A stretch of DNA of 64,000 bases from Paramecium tetraurelia (Eukaryota). The translations under genes were made by a program, and so were the position numbers. Shown here piece by piece: positions 51,964 to 64,000 of this stretch. The stretch covers positions 62,001 through 126,000 of the forward strand of contig CT868050.1 of NCBI GenBank assembly GCA_000165425.1. The letters run 5' to 3'. Within the stretch, counting starts at the first letter, position 1, and every line of letters begins with the position of its first letter. The notes below the pieces were generated by a model that saw nothing but the letters and a program-made list of their open reading frames with translations, ran no database searches and was not told the origin of the DNA.

Positions 51964-54900
51964 TCAATTCATTACAATTCTTTGATTCTTAAATAGGGAT
52001 AATAAATCTATTCCTGTTTTAGATATGATTGTACTATTTTCAACAACTGTGTCCTATGATTCAAATTTTAATAATTCTGACATTGAAAATTTCATAGAAT
52101 AAATTGAATTCTATTTCTAATAATATCGAATAGATTTATCATCACTATAAGTAACGTAACAATTGAATTTTAAACTTACTGCAGCTCCATTGACTTGCTC
52201 ATCATGCTCATTTTATATAATCATCGATTTATCTTCTTCATCATAAAAGATAACCTATTTATCTTTTAAATTGGTGGTAATCAACAGTGTCTTTTCATTT
52301 AAATAATTGAGACTATTAATGGAGAAGTCTTTAAAATCTTTTTCATAGATAATTTCAAATGATTGTGCTGAGATCACTTTAATTAATTCTTTAAAAACTA
52401 CAACCAACTTGGATTTATCAGGAGACTAACTTAAACAAATAATGTTTGGTTGATTCAAATCCAAGAAGTCTTTTGTTTTCTCCCCTTTATAATTCCAAAA
52501 CCCAAGTTTGCCATCTTTATCTCCTGAATATATTGTGTTGTTCTCATCCACTAAAAATGTGGTGGGAAAATGATTATTTGACTCTTAGGCGTATGAATAC
52601 TTCAGCTTTTTCTGCAAGATAGGGACATAAAACAATTGATCATCCTTAGACCAAATGATTCTTCTCTAATTGAATAAGACCAATATGGATTGATTGTCAT
52701 TTAGATTGACAATTTTCTCAGATAAAATTAAGTCATCTGATATCCACATGCTTAAACCTTCGAAAGTATGTAAAACAAAATAGTTTTGATCATTAGAAAG
52801 ATAGAAGGAGTTAATGGTTGATCCAGTGTCAATGACTTTGATTGGTTTATCATCCTTCCATTGTTTTAATATCCCATCAAGTCCAGCTGTGATAAACATA
52901 TTTTGGTTATTAATCCAAGCAATTTTAGTAATACGTCCATTGTGAATTTCAGGTATCACTTAATATTAATCTTATTTTTAAAGGTCAATGATAAGCAGAT
53001 TTCCATTTTGAGTGCCTGCGTATATCATGTTACTATTCTTCATGCAAATAGAATGTATATGGTCTTTCTTCTTTTCCTTAATTACCTTTATTGTCGACTT
53101 CTAACTAATATTCCAAATTCTAATAGTTTGGTCGATCGAGATATAGAGGTTATCGTTCCAAACAAAAAAGTCATTAATTTTAGTAAATTTACTTTGGTAA
53201 TTAGAATATTGAGTAAAATCACTAAATTTCCAAAATATTATTGAATTTTATCCTGAAGTCATAAACAACTTATTGTTCAATACATAAATGATATCACATT
53301 TGCTTTTTTTGTGAGCCTAATTTTTGAATATGAGTTCCTTATTTTCTATGACTAAAAGATATCCCTCACTCGTACCAATTAACTTCTATAACCCATTATT
53401 GCTTATGGCTAAAGCAGTTATATATTGATTTTAGATTTTTAAGTAATTGCTTATGTTATACGATTCGATAACATTCACTTATTGATCCCTGCACTAATCT
53501 AATAATTTTTTAGTCTCAATATTTGGAATTATTCTTTTATTTTCATCTTTGTAATCGTATATTAGTATAAACTCTTATAAGTTATTAAGACTCCATAAAT
53601 GTATTAATTTTTCTTCAGTCATTGTAACTATATTGTATTATTCCTCTGAATAAAACACAGATACCTTGGAGATTTGAGAAGCAAAATGATTTATCTCACT
53701 CCTTATCTAAAAGGTTAGCAAGTCCCAAATATATAAGTATCCATCTTCTCCTCCTGAACATAACAAATTAGAATCTTGAGAGATGGCTAAACTTCTTATC
53801 GGCAATTAATGCTTTTCAAGATTCTGACCAATCTGCTGCCCAGTTTATGTGTTCCAAATCTTGATTAACAAATCACTAGATCCAGATATCAATAAAGTTC
53901 CATCAAATGAAAATATGCAACATTAAACAGAGTTGATATGACCTTATGGATTACTAATTTAGGTGTCTTAACTATCTAAGTCCCAAATTTAGATTTATCC
54001 TTGGTTTTATCCTGTTACTGCTAAATAAGTATTAGTGATTAATGTTAATGAGAATATTTTAATAAATGCTGTAAAATTAGCTTAATTTATTTATGATAAT
54101 TGCTAAGTACTCCATAAAATAATTGATTAGTCAAAAGAACAAGAAACTAGAATTTTGCCATCATTCGAAAACTGTAATTCAGCGACTGCTTTCTTATGTC
54201 CACTTAGACTAACAGGTTTCTCAATTTATGACAAATTATAGAGATATATTTCTCCCTTTCGACCACCAATTGCTAAAAGATTCAATTCTAAATTACTATC
54301 CATACAAATTACTCTTTCACACTTTGTTTCAATTTATTTCATCAATTATGCTTGCTAACTGTATAAATGTATAGTTTTTGATAATCTTTACATAATTATA
54401 ATTTTACAGCATCGAAGATTCACAATTTATTCGTTGATTAGTTATTTAAATGAATCTATGGTAACAATCAAATCCTTTTATTACTAGATGATTTCAACTT
54501 TATCTTCAACCTCTTATTTTTAGTTTTATTATTTTCCTTTTTTCTTGTCTTTGTCTGTTGTTTTCTTTTATGCTTTTCTTTCAACATATTCAATATTTAA
54601 TTTGAGTTCATGTGCACCATTGTATCCTCCAAAAATCAAAGATTTATCATCAAATCCAAATACACAACTTGTTCTCTCTTTATCAAAACATTATCCATAT
54701 TGTATTAATTGAACTATTTTCATATCAAACAAATCATATAATAAAATCTCGTTTTCATTTAATAAAGCCATTAGTCTTTGATTATTTGCCAGAATAGCTT
54801 ATTTGGGTATAATTTTGATATTTAATTTATTTACTTCTTGAATTTTATAAATGTCATACTATTTCATTTCAGGTTTTTAATCATCAAAAGCAAGCAGAAG

Positions 54901-57900
54901 CCTTTCTTTTTCAATATAAGTTAATCCTTTGATGTTTCCCAAACTCGTAGATATTTTTGGTAACTAATTCAATGAGATATCAGTCCATTAAGCATTAACA
55001 ATCTTGGATAAATTTAAATTAACAGATGATAGAGTTATACCTTTTAAATTTGAATTTGTGAAATCGCAATTAAAAAAGTTGGCTCCACTCAATGATACAT
55101 CTGTTATTTTAATATTACTGAAATCCATATCAATAAAGGAATGATCCATTTCATTTAACAATAGCATACTATTAGAACCGGCTATAACAAAATTATCATC
55201 AGTTCTTGTTAGATAAATGAAATTTAAAAGCTATTACTTTTATTCATCATTATACTTTAATTTATCACAAATAAATGTTATAGAACCTTTCAAAAATTCA
55301 AATTCCCAAATTGTCTTAAAAAATTCATATTAAAATAGTTACTTTTTTGTATTTTCATCTATAGGAAATTTTATATTGGATAAATATTCAACAAACCATT
55401 TAGCTACTAAAAATTCTTAAATTGATTTATGATTAAATGAATAAATGCTGTTTTTCTACTTAATAGGCATACATTTTCTAAATAATCTTTTGTAAACTCC
55501 TTCCTAACATTAATCATCAAAGAATTCATCTTTCCAATCAGATTCTAATTTCTTAAAGATAAGCCCACTAGGTTAAAAATAAACTTAGGTCATATTTCTA
55601 AATGTCATCTGATTAGCCAAATGATGAGTGAATTTCCATAACTCACTACCAATTTATTCATAATCTATAGGTTCACCTGCTTCTCTTAATTTATAAATTT
55701 ATCTCTTAAAATAATGTTCCAGAAATTAACTATAGAAATCATATGTAGATAATGGTTCTAACATTAATGAGTTCTTAATGATAGTAAATTTTTAATTGGA
55801 AGTAAAATATTTAGTAATTAATTTATCTACTTAAATTTCTGAAAACTCCAGTAGATATTCGCTCAAAAAATTTGAATTATGAATAATTGTTTACCATTCA
55901 TCTAATGCTTATTTCTCAAGTTGATTAAATTATAGCAATTAATACTCACTTTTTGCGAAGTAAATATATTTTTTAATGAATCTATTTTTTACATTGTTAA
56001 TTTCTGACCTTTACCTAACAATATAAGGGAGAACAGCCATGACAATCTCAGCCATAAAAGGAGTTTCTATTACTTTGTCTAATTTCATAATTTGGATGAA
56101 TTTTAAATATTAAGCACTCGACCATATTTCTGCAAGTAATTAGGATAAGGACTTTTGCATTTCCTTTGAAACAAAATTAGAACATTTAAATAAAATTTAC
56201 TATATTACATTTGGATTAAGCATAAATGTATTTTCAAATTTCATCTTACCTAAGTTCAATGATTTAACTAGGTCAGTGAAAAATGTCTCATATTCAGAGT
56301 AATCTTAAGTGCCATAATTACTAAAGTAAAATTCTCTAATATCCCTTTTAACACACAATAATGTGTATTGATCAATATACAATTTTTATTGTTCTTAATT
56401 AAATTTTAATAATTTGACTTCTTTGTAAAATTAAGGAGAATTTGATTCTGATAAAAACCATGTATTATAGCCAGCTATATTAAATATTTCTGTTCTACAG
56501 GTGGTGATAATTTTAGGAAACTTGTTTTTGTCAGCTTAACATCTCCATTTTGAGAGTTTATTTGATACATTTAGGTTTAGTCCTATGTAATCTGACTTTA
56601 GTTCATCATAACTATCCATTATTATTACCAATTTTATTTTACGTTATTCAACAGCTTCTTAAAATTCTTAGATTTATCTTTCATTAAATCTATAATTATC
56701 AGATTTTAAAGTTTCTTCAATACAACAATACACAGGGTCTCTTAATTAAGGCAATTATACAAAGATAGGAATTAATGGTATATAATCACTCTATTTTTTA
56801 TTCTTTTGATAAAACATCCATAGGAATTCCTCTATTTTTCTAGCCGCTGTACTCTTACCCGATCCAGCTTAACCATGAATCAAAAAACTATCCTTAGATT
56901 GCTTCCAAATAAATTCATTTATCTCTCCATCTCCAAAAATGTCCTCTGTGAAGAGATTTGTCTTTTCAGAAGAGTATTATGAATCATTCAATTTTTCTTT
57001 CGATTTTATAGGTATATAAACATTGTCGGAATTGAATACTAATCTTTATTATAACATTTTTTTCATTCTCAATTCTAATAATTCATAGAATGTTCTCCCC
57101 TTCAAATATTTTATGTCCTTGCTTATTTAATCTAATGTTTCTTGCATCTAAATAATAAAATTTTCGATTCTTAATAGGTCCTATTTTAGATCCTACAGAA
57201 AGATGATTGTAATTCCGAGTGAGTTTTATATTTAAGCAACATTATCAAACATTTACTAGATATCTTTCTCTAACTTAGTATACTCCTTTCGTAATTGCTA
57301 TTTAAAATTTTCCTAGGTTTCAATCGATATTTATTGGGCTAACTCATTTAAATCTTTTAATTTCTCCTTTAGCTAATTTTAGATAATGGTTTCTTGACTC
57401 GGCCAATATTTGCCCATCAATTGATTGGATAATTGAATGGATTTATCATCAAATAGTGATCTAATTCTCTTATCAGTCTCATAAACTTAAAATCTTATAT
57501 ATAATCCAGAATTCAATGACATACAATTTTATTGAAGACAACTTCTTCTCATCTATATCAATTCATAAACCAAAAATTGTCTAATCCTCCATTAGTTATT
57601 TGACAATAAATCATTAATTCCCTGTTAAATTAAATCAAAATAATCATTTGATTTTTTCGACTCATCTTTATTTTCTATCTGACTCAAAATAAAATAGATT
57701 TGTGGCTCTAGATCCGAAGGGTACTAATTAAATTCTTTCAATGAAATAATCTACTAAACTTATTAATAGTCAATGGCAATCTCTATAGTCAAATTACAAT
57801 ATTCACTCATTGATTCCTGTAATAATTTTTCAGATTCCTGAAACTACAAATAAAATTGAGGTTTCTTTGTAGCTAATTTTTACAGGGTAATCACATTTAA

Positions 57901-60651
57901 AATTTGAGATTACACTTTCTCAGAATTAGTAAATATATTTTAGAATTATTGCACTTATTCTTGCTATCTGGTTTTAATTTATTTCATTTCATCTACTAAT
58001 TGTTCATAAAATTTGATTTCCTCATTCCAATCAAATTGTTTTTATTCAATCTTAACTGATGTACTCTTTATTAATCTGCAACAATCGCTTAATTACTTTT
58101 GTATATCCTCACAAAGATAAAATGCAATTTCTTTATCCTTTTCATTAGTTATTTTCATCAATTTTACAATATCAATCAATTCTATAATGTTTGAAATTGC
58201 AGCTCTCTTATTTTCTAAATATTAATAAAACTCATGATCTTCGGTTTTGATGTAATCTTTCATAATTTCAAAGGATTTTAAGAATTCATCCTGATAAGCT
58301 GAAAGTTTTTAAAAGCTCAATACAATCTAGGATTATAATAAGGAGTTCGTGTTGAAATTGGGAAAAATTTCATGAAAGATAGATTAATCTCTTAAGATAA
58401 TTAGATCATCTTTTTGTTCCTGATTGTTATCTAATTAATTTTTGAGAATATCTGTTATCATTTTGAATCCGCTACAGATTTAATTTAAATAGTTGATGTT
58501 ATCAGTCAATTCTTCTTATACAATTTTACAGATTTCTTAGTCAATACTTACATCATTCTTCAATTTGGTTTCTTTGAATAAATGTGTTGTTAAAATTCCT
58601 ATTATTTAATTGATTGTTATAAATTTTTCAATTGTTATTGCTTTTAGAATCTTAACAAATTTATGGGATTGATCAGTAGGTATTTTGGATAAGATCTTGC
58701 TACTCTAACATTTTAGGAATTGGTTGTACATAAATTACAATGAAGATTATAGAGGATCGTAAGAAATCATTTACATCGAAAGTTGAATGATTTCTTATTT
58801 TAAATTTAATTACTTTTCGTCTTCTTTAAAAGAATTGGTCATTCTTAATTTAATTGATAAAATCACTTGAATCTGTAAATTCCAATTTATGAAGCATTTG
58901 GATTTCTAAGTTAGATCAAAAGCTTTAAAAAATCCATAAAACCATTTATTCTCATTGGTAGTATTTTTCGTTGTTTCTTATTGCTTCTTCATTTTTAGTG
59001 AAACAATCAAGTTTTCAATTTAAACTTGATTAATAGTTTTTTTAAGAATTTCCTCCCTTAATTCAATGCTTATTTCTTCTGAAGTAAATTGATCTAATAG
59101 TGATTGTATGGCATTCTCTTAAAATATTGAATCGAAATCAATATGTTAAAACTGTTTACTTGATAATTGACAATTCAAGTATTTTTGTAGAAACATTACT
59201 TAAATTTTGTCAGTTTCTGGAAATTCATAAATGAACTCATTCTAATTGATTTCCCCCTAGATAGATTATTAGATGATAGCCAAATATTCCAAATCTCTCT
59301 TAAGTTGAATAGTTTTAGAAATCAAATCTTTCATTAGGTCTTCAGCTTCTTTGATTTTTTGTTGATCATTATTAATCACAAGCTATTTAAATAGTTCAAC
59401 CAATTATTATTAACCCTATTAAATTGCGCTAACTGAATTCATAAACTGAGAGATCTAAGAAGAACTAAATGAATTATTTTTTAAAGTTGAATTAGTTGCT
59501 TTGATAACAGATAATTTGTTAAAATAGTATTGTTCATAACTTTATAGTAATCCATATCCATTTAATATGTAATATTATAGTCGAGATAATTCTTGCAGTG
59601 GCTGACTATTTTCAAAAATTAATTTCAATAATTCGTCATTTTGAATGTAAAAATTATTGATTGCCACATAATTTCTACCATCAAAATTAGGGATTGTATA
59701 TTCTTTTCCTTAAAAATATTACTAGAGCTGATTTTGAATTCTCAATTCATCAACTGCTTATCTCAATTAAAAGAGTTAAGATAACACCTAAATCCAACTG
59801 CACCAAATTTCCCAATCAGTAGATTCTCGAATAATTTCGCAATACATTTTGCTAAGAACAGTTGCCAAATACTTTGCATCCCTTCCATTATCCAATTCAT
59901 CAATAATATAAAACTTTAATTATTGAAGAGCAAAAATCACTTCCAATTTGCGCTTTCTACTATACTTAACTCCCTCTTAATAGATATAGATAACACTCTT
60001 CTTAAGACTTTGAATTAGATCATCATTTAAAGTAAATGTGCTTACTGATTTAAGAGCACCACTTAAAAACTATACTAAGATTTCTTAACTCTCTTTTGAA
60101 TTAGTCGGTTAAATAGTTATAATGGATTTTGAAATAAAAAATTCGAAATAGAGATTGTTGAATAGTTTATCAGCGTTTCTTTCAATTTTTAATTACTCTC
60201 TTATCAAGCCCATTTCCCTTAGCATAAATTACTGCCTGTCAATGTCCAAATATCTCTCTTAATTTGTGGAATAGTACATAAACAGAATCCAAGACAATTA
60301 GGTCATAATTTATAATACATATAATGAATATCCCACATGTTATTAAATTACTTTTTATAATGCTGACATTAGTGTATCTAAACTTTATGATACAAGTTCA
60401 AAGGATTATTGATTTAATTGAACATTACTAATCAAATTCCATATTTATCTCTAATTTAATTGGAAGAATTGAAAACTATTCATTAGGTTATTTTCCTAAT
60501 CTAAAACTGTCACCATAGATCTTCCAATACGATCACAATGAAACTTAATTTAAGTTGTCAATCCTGGGCTATTTTTTAAGGTTTGTGTTTTAATGGGGAA
60601 AGGTGTAACTATGTGAGTTGATCCACAACCTCCTCCTCTTAAATTCATCAT
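51964..60651 (-). CDS. NACHT-type STAND NTPase with pentapeptide and WD40 repeats (NLR-like, ~2,895 aa)
   Basis: Length 8,688 nt is a multiple of 3. Walker A LIHGQAGSGKST (~56850-56885); Walker B IIMDSYDE; KIITTCR; TPFMAEIV; pentapeptide SLSGANFFNCDFTNSNLKGI (~55000-55130); WD40 repeats GHKKAVAELQFSNDGKILVSCSFDQSIILW and GHINSVQCCIFSFDGTLLISGSSDLLIKIWN. Confidence 0.93.
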
Positions 60652-61332
60652 AAATTTTTTAATAATATTAATTATTTGTCTTAATGAGGTAATTGAGTTT
60701 AAAACTAAGAAAAATAGTATCTCTGATTAGAAGAGTAAGATCAGAAAGATGTTTTAAGTATTTAAACATTTTAATTTATATTGATAATAAGACAATAATT
60801 TTTAAATAAAAATATAAAACCATTTCTCTTTACTTTAAAGTTTTATGATGAAAAATGAATCGTAAATTTAAACAATAGCATAAATAATAGTTAGTTCGTA
60901 TACAAGTTGAATAATATTACTGGATTCATTATTTTGAGGATTATTTAAAGCCTGATTAATCAGATTTAAGAGTATTCTCAAATGATGTAGAAGGAGAAAT
61001 AATAAATCTGTTTAATATTTTTCGATTTTAAAATTAGCTTCTAACCTTTTTTTCTTTCCACTCTTATATTTAATTAAATTCAATATAAAGTTAAAATAAA
61101 AATATATATTAAATGATAAAAATTATAAATTTGCATCATAAAACCTGTTTTGATTTTGTAAATTTACAAAAGGAATAAAAGTTAAACGAAACTACTATAT
61201 TTGATATTAAGTAAGTCTGATATGAAGATTAAAGGGGTTGCTTTTAATATGATTGATAATATAGACATTGGAATCTAATTAAAATAGATTAACTTATAAG
61301 AAGTCAATCTTGATTAAATACGAATACAAATA

Positions 61333-64000
61333 TCAATAAAATTATATAACTCCTTCTTTGAGTATAGAATTAGTAGAGTTGGAGTGATCCAAAGTAGTTT
61401 TAGTACCGCATTTCTTTAATATATCAAATATTTATCTGGCTGGTTTTCCCAATTGTTAATAGAAATCTATAAATAAACAAGCCAATAGGATGGTTGAGAA
61501 TCCTGCAATTTCCACCCATCCTAATAAGGATACATATTCTATTTGGGAGAATAATAGGAGTGATTCTGAAACTGAAAATAGGATAGCTATGGCTGATATC
61601 AAACATTCGGTGATAATAATTTTGTAGTTTTCAAATTGGTTTGCAAATGGTCGCATTCTATAGACATAGACTGAATAAAAGCCTGAAATCAAAGAGGTTA
61701 ATATTGGTTGAACAGGGGGAAGTGTTTGCAATAGGACTAAATTGGCAATGAAAAAGGTCTTTTTAATCAAGACTAGTGTGGTGAATTGCCTATTCCAATA
61801 GTTTCCTTTGATTTCAAGTCCTTCAAAGAAAATGGAGAATCGTCTCGATAAATTCTTTACTGTACTCAAGTAGGAGTACAATTGGAACATGAGAGCAAAA
61901 TTGAAAATGAGTACGATAAGTGCAAGAAGTGAGCTAGTTTCAGTGATGGAGTCATACGTTTAGAAATTCGCCACTTGCAGAAGAGCGGAGAACATTAAAT
62001 CGTAGAAGTTGGATAGGTATATTCTGACGAGTCCTGAGTAAAAGAAGTATTAGTAATAGGATTTGCAGATTTTTTGAATGAAATGCATAGCTTTGATTAT
62101 TTTGGTGATTGTTTCGACGTATCTTTGATCGAATACGATGGGCCAATTGTAATATTTGAGTGAAGTAAGTAGCAGTTATAAGAAGTAAACGATAACGTAA
62201 TTGGTGAATCCAAGAACTAGGATAATGATGAAGGATTCCAGATTGATTCCAAAGTAGCAATTGATAGAGAACACTTCAAATCTTCCAAAGGCAGGTATGA
62301 AGGGAGAATTGTATTGAAACATTTCTTCGATGAATCCACTCAATTTAATTCTATCAGTTATTGGTTAAATAGTAACAAGGGAGAAAACTTCAAAGTAAAT
62401 AGATAAATTTTAAGGAAATTTCAGATTCAAATATTTCATATAAGATAATTGTTATAAGGTATCTATAAGATTCCAAAAGATTTCTAGATTACCACTTATG
62501 AAAGCAACACAAGCAACAGTAATCAAAGTATAGATTACAATTTCATTGAATAATGCAGCATTGGCAGCCACCATCTTTTGAGTTGAGGATAATGTAAATG
62601 GATCCTTCAAGATGATAGTTTATTAATTAGATGCTAATTGATTCTCATATTGATTAACTAGTTGATCGCAATAGATCTTGACTATTAATATGGGTCCGAC
62701 AACAGATTTGTAGAAATTGAGTTTAATCTTGTAGGAGACAGGTTGCAAAGTATAATCAATGCTCAGGATGGGAATTATTTCATAAGTGTAATCTGAATCT
62801 TAGAGATTGGAGATGGAAATTTGAATGAGTTGCATAAATATCTCTTCAGTGATGGAAGTCGAATTCAATCTGACATCTTCACTGAAAGTAAGAATGATTT
62901 CTTAGCTCTATCCATAACTATTGAGAGGAGTGGTCAATTTGATGGTTGGACTGATATTGTAAATGCAAACACTCAAGGAGTCCACAAAATAGCACTTCCA
63001 GAATTTTTCAATTTCGCAATTAGAATTGCATCCATCATTATTATCAGTGTTGGCATCTTCACATTGTTCATAAGAAGAGGCAAAGATACCATCACCGCAT
63101 TTATTTTAACAATATGATTAATTTTCATACAATCCATTAGGACATTAGATGCATTCTCCTTGGAAACACTTCAGGCAATGAGAATCACATGAATATTCGC
63201 AGTTATAACAGCCATCAAATTCTACGAGATTACCATCATCACAATATTCTTTGCCTACTATAATACCATCTCCACAAATGGATTTACATTGTCCATCAGC
63301 CAGTTTCCATCCATAGGAATCGCAGACTTAGCATAATTTACCCTCACACTATAAACACCCTAATGAACACTAGATCTAACACTTATAGCATCCATCATAA
63401 GGAAGATAATTGCCATCATCACATACTTCATCCGAATTAGTGATGATTCCATCTCCGCAAAACCCTTCACACACATCAGTAAAACAAATTTGTAACTAAT
63501 CATCCCAAAAGCATCCCTAATTATACTTATCACTCTAACAAGCCTCCTTAATTGAAAAATATTAACACTCAGTTATCTCTACACATCCTCCCCCCCTCTT
63601 AGTAGTACAAGATGATAAGTACTCTTAACATTGTTAATGAGTTGTTAAGTTAGTTGTAGCTGTGTTGCATGTTTTCGTAACACAATCATTTATTATCCAC
63701 ACACACTCTTTGAAAAACTTATCAAATGTACACCCATCCTTAATCAATACTTCTTCACAAGTACTTCTCCTGATACATTGATAACCATTTGTAGTACAAC
63801 TTTTGTCTGGAAATATAGAAGCACAAGCAGAATCAATTGCATAATAGTAATCAGTGCAAATTCTTAATCTGCATCCACCTTTTTAACAATTCTACATATA
63901 TCCCTCGCATTCCTTATTAGACAAAGCAAATTTAGGGCCATTCTCACATGTCTTCTCTACACACTATACTCTCTCGGTATTCCAAAAACATTCAGTACCA
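61333..64000 (-). CDS. Cys-rich surface protein with C-terminal multi-TM domain (5' end outside window)
   Basis: Surface-antigen-like Cys repeats (63480-64000); three CGDG...E.C(D/E)D.N....DGC repeats (~63000-63470); then FWNLIDTLQQLSYMKYLNLKFPQNL and several TM helices with RPF...FEN; TGA at 61333-61335. Confidence 0.88.

Noticed and set aside
63580..63605. Second RGGGC (CTTKRGGGCVE)
   Set aside because: Lies inside an extracellular Cys repeat; it has K instead of L and no downstream S/T at the myristoylation position, so it is coincidental.
1..64000. CRISPR arrays, transposons, telomeric repeats, retained IESs, prokaryotic operons
   Set aside because: No direct-repeat/spacer arrays, transposase or RT motifs, or telomeric tracts were seen. 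The frameshifts found are 1-2 nt, not TA-bounded insertions. Gene neighbours appear functionally unrelated.

Overview
Eukaryotic, gene-dense, very AT-rich DNA from a ciliate, almost certainly Paramecium macronuclear sequence. TAA/TAG encode Gln, TGA is the only stop, introns are about 22-28 nt GT(A)...AG, and many intergenic spacers are under 60 nt. The supplied standard-code ORF track is therefore mostly fragments and shadow ORFs. Hand-translation with the ciliate code gives 24 protein genes and one tRNA-Ile(UAU). Recognisable products: degenerate macrodomain protein, two paralogous surface proteins facing each other across a 150-N gap, Myb factor with Q/G/M/P-rich tail, insulysin (M16A), CK1, PI4K, ABCC transporter (two frameshifts), P-type-ATPase/guanylyl-cyclase fusion, secreted Frizzled-CRD-like protein, two tandem SLC33A1-like MFS transporters, importin-7/8-like protein, 2-TM channel-like protein, Kelch protein, UDP-glucose dehydrogenase, CAMK-type kinase, SP-RING SUMO ligase, a ~2,900-aa NACHT-pentapeptide-WD40 (NLR-like) protein, and the 3' part of a Cys-rich multi-TM surface protein. 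The best novelty candidate is the NLR-like protein's N-terminus, MMNLRGG|GCGST: a ubiquitin-tail mimic directly preceding a hidden dual-acylation signal. Family calls come from motifs recognised by eye; no searches were run, and long genes were spot-checked rather than read codon by codon.
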